A stretch of DNA of 64,000 bases, taken from the NCBI GenBank assembly GCA_964247055.1, contig OZ176051.1, forward strand, positions 8,866,001-8,930,000. Reading direction: 5' to 3'. Positions within the stretch are counted from its first letter, which is position 1, and each line of letters opens with the position of its first letter. Below are positions 51,901 through 64,000 of the stretch, in pieces. The translations under genes were made by a program, and so were the position numbers. This DNA is from Paragordius varius (lineage: Eukaryota; Animalia; Nematomorpha). Under the pieces are notes generated by a model. The model saw only the letters and a list, made by a program, of their open reading frames with translations. It was not told the origin of the DNA and did not search any database.

Positions 51901-54900
51901 AACAAAATTTTTTTTATATATATAGTATTTTAAAAAGGGTCATGATGCGTATAATAACCCCTGTTTTTTTTCGACAACCGACGTTATTAAGGGCAAAGGG
52001 GGGAAAGTATGATTAAAAATATATTTCTAACTAATTTTCCATATGCAAGGAAAAGTGAATACATTTTACCTGACACCAATTTAAGCCACCAACACTCCAT
52101 TACCTTTTGAGGTAGTTCCATATCCCAGAACGATTTAAATTTAAATATTGTAAAAAATATTTAAATTATATTTAGCCGAATGTAAAAATATGATTTCTTT
52201 AGCCTTTTAGGGGCATTATACAAAATTTTTTTTGATCGCTAATGCAACAACATATTATGGTATGTAAATAATTAACTTAAAGAAGCTCCAGGCTATATTT
52301 TACCATCAAAATCTTGATATATTTTTATTTTAATATCAGATGTTCGTTCCAATCATGTTTTGGAGCTCTCCTAATTTTAGACATTAGAAATCACAAAACT
52401 ATAAAAAATTTGAGTTTCATTATCCATACATAAAAACAATGTTTGCTAATTAAATTTTATCTAATATAACTTTCAAAACTGTAGATTATTTACAAAATTG
52501 AGTTCTGTGAATAATACTAACCCAAAAAGTAACCTAGGACAAAACCTGAAAAGCTATAGTGTTAATATCAATCGCACTTTTGCCAAATAATTATCTAGCT
52601 AATGAAAAACTAGATGCATTTTCATACTGTGTCGTTTAATTAATTATATATAATAGAGTAATTCTTTACGTTTTATACCAAATGATAAAACATAAATTTA
52701 GCAAGAAATGAAGTAAATTAAATTAACCTTCATTTTTTCGGCAAAATCGGTGTAAAGACCTTCCGCCTCGGGATTATTAAACATGGGATGTTTGAAAATT
52801 TTGGCTTCAAACGTTTCAATTTTCTAAACAAGATATATATAAAGCAATACAGTCAAACCTCCGTTTGTGCATAAAAAGTTATAGTTTTTAACATATATTT
52901 GACTAGTGTTATTTAACGGGCAAAGCATAAAAAACTTTCAGTTGCAAGCAAAACAATCCACAAAAAGCTGAACTAACAAAAGAATAAGCAAAATTATGTG
53001 CGAAAAAATGCGTACAATTTAATATAACCATGTTCCTTAAGGATAAAATATTTAAATTTGATAATGATGTGGATGACATAATTCGAATTAATTGTATATA
53101 TATTTTCCCAAAATCATTTTTATCCAAATAACCAATTTTAGAAATTAACTTTCAAAAAAAATTTGCTACAAAATTACTCTAAAATTAGAGCATAAAATAT
53201 GTTTTAAAAGCAATTTTATTTGCAATTAAAAAAAGATCGTCCAAAATTATTGATTAAAATTCATTGAAAAAACAGGTAAATAAAAAGAACCTGCACTCAA
53301 TAAATTCAGACAAAAAATGGTTTTATTTTGTCTCAAATTATTTATGAAATAAGAATATTAATAAAAATACTTTAACAATTTCTTTAAGAGCGGGATCTTT
53401 TATACCCATATCCCTGATAGGGTCAATCAAGGGTAAATAATCACACGTGGTTAATGATGAAACCCTGTTTGGAATAAGGTTTTGTCTTTCACAAGAAGGA
53501 TTTGATGTATCTTTAGCTAAATATTTGTGTTTATTAAATTGATAATTTATTATATGCATGAACCAGTATCTAATACGCGGCCCTTCGAAACTTTATGTGC
53601 GGCGTGCGGAAAATTGGAAAAACATAATTAGCAACTTATGCTCATAAAATATTAGGAAAATTGACATATCTAAAACAATGTTTCCTATATAAGTAAACCA
53701 ATTGGCAAGAATTAGAAAAATCATTATAAATAAATTATACATAGTGTCATATATATTGTAAGTTTTTTAGAATCTTATTCGTAAAATATAATGTTTTATA
53801 CAAAGATATCCATATATTCAAACCCGGCCTGTCAGATTTTTTGAGTCAAAAAATGCAGCCCGCAAATTCATTTGTGTTGGCAAACCACTAATACTAGTTT
53901 ACAATTTGCTACAATTAAAAATTATTTTGAGTTCAATAATCAATGGTTGCAAGACCAATTATAGGATTAAAACCAAGCAATGTCCAATAAATGTTAAATA
54001 GTTATTAAAAATACACACAGATTTCATTTTTAAACAATTTATTTATACTTCATATCTAAGAATACATTCAAAGATTCAAAAACAATTTTGGTTGAAATTA
54101 TTTTTCGATTTACGGTTCCACCTTCAAAACTCGATAAAATTTTTATTGAAAGATAAACATTTATATAGTAAGTAAGAATATGTATTAGATATCCTAAATA
54201 TAAGCCATACTTTTAGAGAGAGAAAACGAAACTTTCTTTTTATTCATTTCATTTGTTACGTTTGTTGTATTATTGGGATTTATGGTGAGACTTTGTTGAG
54301 CAAATTGCCGTTTAACTTGTTGAATGTTTCGCCAGACGGCCCATCTCGTCGATTCATTCGTAAGATCATCTGGATAATAGAGTCGAACACTACTAACCTT
54401 GTGTATTAGCGGTAATAAAACTGGTATGGCCTATAAATATCATATATATCTAATTTTTAAACCTAACTATGTAACTATGTAATGGGTAAAGTAGTGTTTA
54501 TGTAAAAACAATGGATAATTTTTTTAAAATATTGTTATAACGAAAATAAATTAGCATATTGATATGAAGCACGAACTAGTGTGTTATTAAACGAATGATT
54601 TTAACATCACTTTGTAATCAATTTTAATTTTCGGTTTTGGAACAAAATTACGCATTTTCCCGCTAAATGGGGATTCATAGTATTCAATTTAAATAAAGGC
54701 TTTACCAGTCAATTAAAAATTTACTCAGTCATACAAAAATGAAAAATTGTCCGGATTAACAAAATAAACTTACTTTTGGATCAGCATAAACCCGTTTTAA
54801 TTTATCATAAAAAGGAATATAAGCTAAAAAAAGTAATATATTCCACAAATTTTAAATTAGAATCATCAAATTCCCCCCCAAAAAACACAAATATTATTAA

Positions 54901-57900
54901 AAAACTCTTACTAAAACATCGTTAAAATCTTCATCCCTTTGATGTGTGGACAGTGTCAAGGGCTCATATTTTAATTTATTTTTATTATTTTTGTTGTTGC
55001 TCTTTTTATCATTCATGGGATCAGATTTATCGTTATGTATATCATTTGTGTCGTTTTTTTCATTGTTTGTGGGCTGTACCAAATCAAGACTCACAGCAGG
55101 TCTAATTTGTTTAACAACATTATTACGATGTCCTATGGTTGTTTCCCCACTCTTGATAGTTTTTCCATCCGTTTCTAGTGTGGTGGTAGAGGTACAACCT
55201 TTAATTCGTGCTACATGCATTAAAATGTCTACGATATATTCGTATTTAGAGCATTCAAATATATCTGTTGTAGTCTTTGATAGAGCATTGTTAGCTTGTT
55301 TAAAGTGTTTATTATCATTTCTATCACTACTTAATGGTAGATCTTGGGTGTCACCGTCATTCTCACTATTATCGTCTAAAACTGGAATAGTTTTACCGTT
55401 TTTACCATTTTTGCCAAATGGGGCGGTTGTTGAGGTATTGGTTATAGAATTCTTTTATTAATATAAACATACATTTATACAGTATGCCTTTTAATGGTCG
55501 TTTATTTAACACTATGGTAGGGCGATTTGCAATACAGGAGGGTATGGGAAAAAGAAGGAAAATAATAGTTTATTTAACATTTTGTCGTTTTTTTACGTCA
55601 CTACTGTGTTGCAAATTACCCTACTATAGGGTGAAATAAGCAACCGTTAAAATGCATACCTATATATTTATATATCATTTTTTTCGTCTAAAAAAAGTGT
55701 TTTCAATGAATGATATTCATAGTAATAATCAAGAGTCATTATGAATAAAAAGGAATAAATCAAATATTTTATATTTAATACCATCCATTGTTTGTCGAAT
55801 ATAACAATGATATTTATTTTATTTTTGCTTTTGTTATTATAGAAAATTTTAACACTTAGTTTAATCATTGCTTCCGTGTTTCATAACCCAATTTTTTGCG
55901 GGTTATAAAAATCCCAATAAAACATTTAATAAATTAAAATTATTCATAAAATATATTTATAATTTCAGTATTATACTTTTTTGGGTCTCCGATAAAATTT
56001 TAACACCATACCCCAATCAAATACCATATCATTGTGTTTAATCTACAATTATACAGATATTATAAATTGCATACAGTCAAATCTTTTTTATTTAACATTA
56101 AATAATGACGCAAAAAAATTTGTTTAGCAAATAATCCTATTCGTTACTAAGGAGATATCATAACAAAAAAATAAAAAGTGTAAGAGAGTTATTTTGATGC
56201 TATGTACACTTTCATATTTAATTTTTTATAACTATTTTTTAGCCTCCAAAAAATAAAAATATCAATAAAATATATTTAATTCAAATGATTAATTTCAAAT
56301 TTAATAAAACATATCTATAAGAGTTAAGCAGAAAAAAATGAAAAAAATCGTTTCATTTATAACAAAATAATTTTGCTTAAGATCAACTCACAAAAATAGT
56401 TTGGGTGAGTTTTATATGAAAAAGAATATAATCAAATTACATATAAAATAAAAAGCATAATTTATTTTTGTGGTAAGTCGCTTACCATAACTAAGCGGCC
56501 AGGCTGTAAAAATGGTAAAATGTATTCTGGTTTATTAATTATGCTAGTTAAAGCTGTTTGTAATTCATCGAGTTTCGACCGCAATCTATAATACTTGGCA
56601 ACTTCACTTTCATTGTTAATGTTAAGTTTGGCATAATCATTGTCCAATTTTTGAATCCCTATTTCAAGATTTAAAAAATTTAAAAATAATAAAATAAATG
56701 AATTAAATGCGAAAATAAGGTTAATGAATAGAGTATACTATTCGAAAATAATAAATATATTGGTTTGATTCCGTATAATGTTATAAATCACTGAATAGAA
56801 TCATAAAATAATATGTTGGAATTTAATGGAGACATTAACTAATTATGTTACTTTTTTTAAGATGTTAAAACCCAAATTAATGGAGTGCAACCAAGCATTA
56901 TTATTAATTTAATACTACGTAATCATTTAGTTACTGTAAAAATAGATATTATACGGACAAAGCATAAAAAACCCATACAGATAACAGTACTTGATTAAAC
57001 CCTGAGTTTTCCATATAACCTTTTTTTAGATAATTGAATCAATTAGATGTGATTAAAAAATCGGGACTCAAAAAGTATGGCTGTCTTTCGGAAAATATAT
57101 TCATTTTTACGTTTTGTATGTATAATTTTAATTTTACTGTTATAATCACTGATTATTTTACAATTTTCTTTCAGTTAACTAACTTTCTTTGAGTGCAGGG
57201 ATGGCGGAATAATTTTGAAATTGATGGAAACTTTTTTCCAGCATATATTCTGGGTTTATACCTTCGACCCGTAACAAATTGAGTACCATATTGTAGGTTA
57301 AATGGAATGCGCTATTGAGTGGATCAGGTTGACCCTTTTAAAATTATAACGAAAAAAAAACTTATTAAATTATGTCGTATTGCGTTTAAAAATGATTGTA
57401 ATAAAAATTATAATTACTTTTCAAATCATTCAACTTATATTATATATTAAATATAAGTTGAATCAAAGGAAAAAAAATTAAAACGAAATTAAATGGCTTA
57501 GTATGTTCACATGTAAATAATCAGTTTGTATTTAGCAGTCATGTTAAAAACTGTTAACAAAAAGATTTTTTTTGAGGCATTCGATTCGCATCTTTAAATC
57601 TAATAATAGAGCGCATATTAAAATATAATAATAATAATAATAATATTTATTATATTTCGTTTATCATTTGTCAAAATTATATTATATTAATGATTTTTTA
57701 AAAATTGCGTGCATTTTCAGATCTTTTAAAAAAACGAATAGGAAAAGGTCTATACTTTTATGATGTTTTTGCCAACGTTAGATCCAATCCTTTGGTCAAT
57801 AATTAATATGACAAGTCCTTTATCATCAATACCTCGGCGGCCAGCTCGTCCACTCATTTGAATGTATTCACCCGATGAGATCTGTTGAAAATATTGTAAA

Positions 57901-60900
57901 AAAACATATATGATAAAGCATTAAGTAATTATATGAAAAAAATAGGGTAAGACCTAGCAATGTATGCAAAAAAGGTTTAATTTATTTTTGTTTAATTAGG
58001 GGTAAGAATTTAATTATATTATAGTTGTATTTCATACAATGGACACTGTTATATAAAATTTAAATTTTATAATGGTTATTATTACTGAAATAGCAAACTT
58101 AGTATAAAACCGTATGAATGTTTAAGTGTTTGGTTAATATGGTTTTATTTTTTTAATCCTTTTAATTTAAAATTAGGAATGTATAAAAATGAAAAACTAA
58201 AACATTATATAACCCAAGTCAAATATTTTCGTCGTCTTATGAACGCTAAACATAAATGATGAAATTAGTTGGTGTAACCATTGAAAAATAGTTTTCCGTC
58301 ATTTATCATTACAATATCTCTTAACAAAATAGAGTATTTATCAGTTATTAAATTTATTTATATAAAATCCCTAAATAGTTAGTACTCTAAATCTAGGGTT
58401 ATACCTAGTGACTTTCAGTTTAATTTTTATGATAACCAACTGCATTTATACCAATATTGCAAAGTTTATATATACCATTAATTCAAATTTACCCTTATAG
58501 TTTGAAAACACATAAATTAATTTTAGGGACTTGAATTGTTCAATGTTAACTTTGAACTGTAAATGGTAAATATACGAAATCGATATGTTAAAACCCCATG
58601 TCAAATAGTTGTGTCGTACTGATGAGTGCTAACAAGCACGAAACTAGTCTGCCATTACTATTGACAAAAGGGTTTCACATATCATTTATGATTTTTGTTA
58701 ATAAATATCTTTCAATAATTTTCTATTTAATTTTCGTTTTCATTATCTTACGGATATATTACTTTTTACTTTAAGCAGATAATATTTATCACAGAATTCC
58801 ATAAAATTTTTTTACATAAATATATCGTAGCCATCTACTATTTTATTAAACGCTAAAACATCCTATCTAATTAATTAGACCATTTCATTACACAAAAATG
58901 GGTTATATTTGAATTCTGACTTAAAATCAGACAATCCTATTATTTAATGTTCAATTTGATTAACCATCCTAATTTTTTAAGCCCCAGCAAAATTAATGTA
59001 TAAATAATATATAATCTACAAAGTGAACACACTAAATATAAACCAAATATATTATAAAAATTATAATTATTATTTTAATAGATTACCCATCTATTGTTAG
59101 TCCCATCAAATTTTCGACAACTCGTAAATAAAACCGTTCTGGCCGGCATATTAAGTCCCATAGCAAAAGTTTCAGTAGCAAATAAAGCCTAAAATATGTA
59201 AATGGTAAAACCAAAAAATAATTGGAGAGAAATAAATGATTATACAATGTGAATTTTAAACCATATTTTCAATTTTTATGATTGTAATTTCCATCAACTT
59301 AACTAATTTTAACTATATTATTCACAATTACTTTTGAACTTATATTTTACTGTAAAAAAACACGGTTAATTTTATATCTAGGTAGTATTTATTGTATTAA
59401 CCTTAATTAAGCCCTCCGAGAATAAAATTTCAATCGTTTCTTTTATGATAGGTAACAATCCACTGTGATGAATCCCAATCCCCTTTTTAAGTATGGGTAA
59501 AAGTTGATGGATTTGAGGCAATTTTTTATCCTCTTCAGAAAGAATATCAATGGCATTGTTAAAGACCTCTTCAACTAACTTTTTTTCTTCCTCTGAAAAA
59601 TATATGCAAACTAAATTTTTTGCAATCGAGTTTATTTTTAGATATACAAACTTTAACACATTATGTTTTTGCCTATGAAATGTATATGTGTTTGCATAAT
59701 ACATAACGTATTCAAAAAGCAAAGAACAAAACATATTAATATATTACTGTATAAATATACAATAATACATTGGCTTATGGTCTAAATATATGATTAAAGT
59801 GATAATTTTTTGCTCACATATTACCATTTGCTATATTTTTATATTGACATGCTATTTTTACACTATATTGCCAATTATATTTACTAAAAACGTAATTTAT
59901 TCAATACAAATAAAAAGTGTTATTTTAAAAGATTTTTATTAGATTCAATAATACCAATGGTAAGTAGATCGTAACCCAAGTGTTCACTTAATATAATTAT
60001 ACGTATAAAAAAAGCACAGTTATAAATTTCAATGGTTTTTTCTTTTTAAAAAATGTACAAAAATAGAATTATCACTTGAATTGAAATCGAGTTTTGCTAC
60101 GTGAAGGGCATTCATTTCACATTCTTTGCGGCTAAAACTGAACACTATGACGGGTTGAAAGTCACGTTCCATTATCATTTTAACAAGTTTAAAAATATCA
60201 TTTTGACCTTAAAAGTATATAAATAAAGAGATGTGAAAATTTGTCATTGTTTAAAATATCTATTCTAACCAAGTATTTATCCATTTTACTAGTTTTGAAA
60301 CAATTAATTAGATTTGATCTCACAATACTTTAAAAAAAACATGGTTGCTTATATTCGCTAAAACTAATATCCTTCCCCAAGAAATATATATAAACACAAA
60401 GTTGGAGTATAATTTAAAAATATATAATTAATGGTTACAATTATTTTGCCATTCTTTCAAATTATAAATAAGGCGAAATCTTGATAAATATATTTTTGTC
60501 ACAAAAACGTTCGTTAGCATTTTTATCTGACTAATGAATAACAATAAATCGTAATTCAAAAGCAAAAAGATAGTTTTATTACCATACACATTATTTATTG
60601 CGTTTTATGATTTTTTTTGAAATATTATCTAAAAAAATTTTAAAAACATTTTTTGGAAAAAAACCTCTAACAGAACCTCCGCGCCGTCCAGTTCGTTCAT
60701 CGCGTTCCCCACCAGAATCTCTCAAGGCTGTCATGGCCTGAGAAAAATTGCTCTCATTAAATTCACCCTTATATAGCAATTATAATTAAAAGAGTTTTAA
60801 ATAGGAAAAAACCGGAATAATAGTTTTGTTAATAAGAGATTTTAACAACATCGCTGGAATATAATTTATTCCATTATATAATTTTTTATATTACTTTTAA

Positions 60901-63174
60901 TTAGCGATTTCGACTTTTTCTGATATAAACTCCAATTTTTGACTTTGAGTGAAAAAAATATTAATAAATTTTTTGTACGCTAGATATTTTTATCGACAAT
61001 TATTTACATTTATACAAATTATTATGCTATCTGTCTATTAAAAAAGTTAAACTAAATTTTAGGCATATTTACCAGAAAAAATGGAAATAAAATCAAAAAT
61101 TTCTCGAAAAAAACTTTTGGAGAGATTAGCCAAAATTTTCGTTCCGATCCCTAGATTCAACCTTTTTTATATTAGAATTAGACAAGAAAAATTAAGATAA
61201 ATAATTTAAATTATGGCATTACATTTTCATCCACAACGAGATAGAGACAATCACCATTGGAAGGAAAAGCGTAATGTTGCAATGGTGTAGGTCGATAATC
61301 GGTGTAAACTACGTGACATGGCTAAAAAACATGATGGGGAGGTAAAGTTATAATGATTTATATTAAAAAAAAATATTATATTAGTCTACATGTGTAAAAT
61401 GAGCTTTTTTAATAAAAAAAACTATATATTAATAAGGTTCGGCTAATATTTATAAACGCTTCCTAAAAGAAAAGAATCGGTTTGTATAAACTTAACTAGA
61501 GCAGGATCCTACGAACAAAAGTTAGTTTTTAACTCATTTAAAATAGATAATATTAAAATAATTTATATTATACAAATAAATTCTATAATACCAAAATTTA
61601 ATATACTACAAAGGTAAGAGGTAAAAAAATTTTCTGTAATCTTAAAATTAGTTAATCTATAAAAGTTATCAACTTGTTTATGTAAATAACATATCCATTC
61701 TGCAAATTGACGAGCATTGGGTATAGTGGCTGATAGGAAAACGTAATGTACTTGATCGGGTAAAAGTATGATGGTTTCTTCCCAAACAACACCTCTTTCT
61801 AAAATATAAATAATAATATAAATATTAGATATGGTAAATTTAAAAATTTTATATCAAGATTATTGCTATTGTTACTTTCAAAATTGTATATAAGAATAAA
61901 ACAGATTTTTGTGAGTTGACCCATTATCTGTACCAATTTTTCGTGAATCTTTTAAAATTTCATTAAACAAACAATTGCGAAAACATCGTTTTTTAACTAA
62001 TATAATTCATCCATCACAAAAATATTTAATAATGTATAATTAATAATCTGTAAAATAAGAGTAAAAAAACAATATTTTTAAAGTTAAAATTCATTTTGTA
62101 ATACAAAAACTTTGGTGCAAATTTCGTATTTATAACATTATGCCGACAAATGATAATCAACAACATTTTTAATTTTCAAGTGTATAATCTTTTTGTTTAA
62201 TATTCATAGCTTTTCCATAAGTGTTTTTAATTTTTTTATAACATAATATTATTATTATTAAATAAACCTTTATCCCGCATATAATGGATTTCATCAAAAA
62301 TGACCCACCCAACTTCTCTCATGACTTCTGAGCCCTTGTACAACATACTTCGCAAAATCTACAGGAATTTAGTCAGTATTAGTAGTAAAATAAAATTAGG
62401 GTTAAAAAACAAGGTGTGTAATGTTGTAGTTGTATTAACTCGAAATAATCTAGGTCAAGTCATACATGTTTTATCCTTTTTTGACAATTACGGTAATACG
62501 GTGAAATACGGTCTCCAAACATTACCGAAACATAGGCTAATAGTTAAAATTATAGTCCATCTTTTCTTAAATACTAGTTGATTAAAAAGAATTAAAAACC
62601 TTGACTAAATTTTCCAATGTTCGGAGTAAAAAAGTACATATTTTTAAGTGCTAAATTTTTCCATACAAATACACTGAAATATGGAATAAGAATAACATTA
62701 TATTTAACAATCCGACTTTATGCTACCGTAAAATAAGAATCTAAAATATAATTTAAATCTTTATTGCGGTTTTTTTGTTAACTATTTTTATAAAATTCAA
62801 TTACGGAGATATATCCCTTATCTCGATATTTAAAACTAATCACACAGCCTATGTACATAAACAAATTTAAACTAAAAAAATGCATGTATATACCAATTAA
62901 AATATGGTTCTTTGTAAAAACTACAAGTTGTACTAAACTTTCTTATATTCGCAACGCGTAAAAAATGAAAAAAAAAGTTGTGGGACAATTTACTTCAGTC
63001 GTCATAACTAAGCAACTTCCGGAAGGGTTTATCGTAATATCACCGGTCATGAGTCCGACCTCATCAGCGCCAAATTGGTCGTATAATTCGCGATATTTTT
63101 GATTGCTTAGAGCTTTGATGGGTGTCGTGTAAATGACACGTTGTTTGTCACGCAATGACATTGCTATGGCATAT
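48991..63174 (-). CDS. MTREX: Exosome RNA helicase MTR4 (SKIV2L2), 5'-partial
   Basis: Exons in transcript order: 62994-63174, 62268-62358 (DEIH), 61674-61798 (SAT), 61223-61321, 60665-60767, 60076-60207, 59402-59592 (GIHHSGLLP), 59087-59188, 57756-57881 ([10 protein letters not shown]), 57184-57334, 56486-56658, 55977-56042, 54912-55451, about 54210-54430, 53371-about 53515, 52728-52823, 51379-51542, 50121-50283, 49497-49659, 49120-49224, 48991-49043 ([10 protein letters not shown]). All junctions are GT-AG and phase-matched except the unresolved one at about 54210/53515. Motif I (AHTSAGKT) was not found in the window. Confidence 0.96.
58583..58682 (+). ncRNA. Minimal type I hammerhead ribozyme motif (Penelope-like)
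   Basis: CTGATGA (58619-58625), stem II GTGCT-AACA-AGCAC, GAAA (58640-58643), CTAG, then TC. Palindromic ACTAGT forms helix III, and the motif sits at the tip of a longer hairpin (58583-58609 / 58657-58682). Confidence 0.7.
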
Positions 63175-63229
63175 CTAAAAAGTTCAAAATATATATATAT
63201 ATATATATAGACCAGTTTACATGCCTAGG

Positions 63230-63780
63230 AGACGTCATAGACTCTAAAGGCCATATAACTGGAGCAATAAGGAAACGAATTTAACAAGCATGGGGTAAAA
63301 ACTCTCTAAAATTTATTCTTAAAAATAAAAATGTATCTAACAATAATAAATGGCTATACAAAGCAGGTGTCAGGCCAGCTCTTACTTACGCCACCGAAAC
63401 ATGGCCCCTAAATAAAACAAATCTTGACAAAATGATAAATACGGAAAACAAAATAATCAAAGCTTGCTGTTCTGACTATAATTTTCATCTTAAACACAAA
63501 AATGACACAGTAGAAAAGTTTATACGAAGCAGGCTTAAATACTTGGGCCACATTGAAAGAAGACAAACCGACCACCCACTCCAAACCATTAAGCACATAC
63601 AACCCTTTAGAAACAACCGCAAAGGGCGCCCAACACATTCCTGAAGCGACAACATTAAAAATGACATAATACTAAACCTCGACATTACCAAATGCCTAGA
63701 TAAGGACCTTTGGAATGTTAATGGAAACCTTAAATGAAGTCAAAAAGCCATCAAGTATCAAGTAATTAAGTATATATATA
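63230..63780 (+). mobile_element. RTE-clade non-LTR retrotransposon 3' fragment in an MTR4 intron
   Basis: YKAGVRPALTYATETWPL...RSRLKYLGHIERR...RKGRP, followed by a short TCAAG-like repeated tail. Confidence 0.75.
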
Positions 63781-64000
63781 TATACCTCTGCTAATTTATT
63801 TTTATTTTACGAAAGTTTAAGTTTTTAATAAATTTGTGTATATGTGCAGATTTTTTAGAAACAATACAAAAATATGTCAAATCTCTGGCTTTGAATTTAT
63901 GGAATATTTAAAAAACTAATTCGATTCGCTTTTATAGTAAAAAATAAATACGATACTAAATGACAAAATGTTTTTCTATTATGGGTTTATCAATTTAATT

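Noticed and set aside
54946-55461. 171-aa hydrophobic plus-strand ORF resembling a membrane protein
   Set aside because: It is the antisense shadow of the A-rich MTR4 exon 54912-55451.

Overview
This is a very AT-rich, transposon-dense piece of a eukaryotic (animal-like) nuclear genome with GT-AG introns, so most supplied ORFs are spurious or antisense shadows. The species cannot be fixed from the sequence alone. Seven host genes can be reconstructed. (1-2) Two tandem paralogues encode small secreted prepro-peptides with a conserved leader, an RQKR processing site and divergent cationic tails (coding exons 2406-2624 and 6673-6924). (3) A divergent PP1 catalytic subunit (11339-12430, minus) holds a hidden in-frame 117-nt GT-AG segment. 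(4-5) Two paralogous secreted proteins have a Cys-rich domain, Thr-rich stalk and second Cys-rich domain (23088-25669 and 37996-39956). (6) A 9-exon HACD3/PTPLAD1 gene (28612-31282) has five introns of only 22-34 nt. (7) About 21 exons of the MTR4/SKIV2L2 helicase lie at 48991-63174 (minus, N-terminus not found in the window), with large arch-domain insertions. The rest is hAT elements and MITEs with 8-bp TSDs, TTAA MITEs, mariner, Harbinger, Gypsy and RTE relics, fold-back elements, a possible nad2 NUMT and a minimal hammerhead ribozyme motif in an MTR4 intron. No tRNA, rRNA or CRISPR array is supported.
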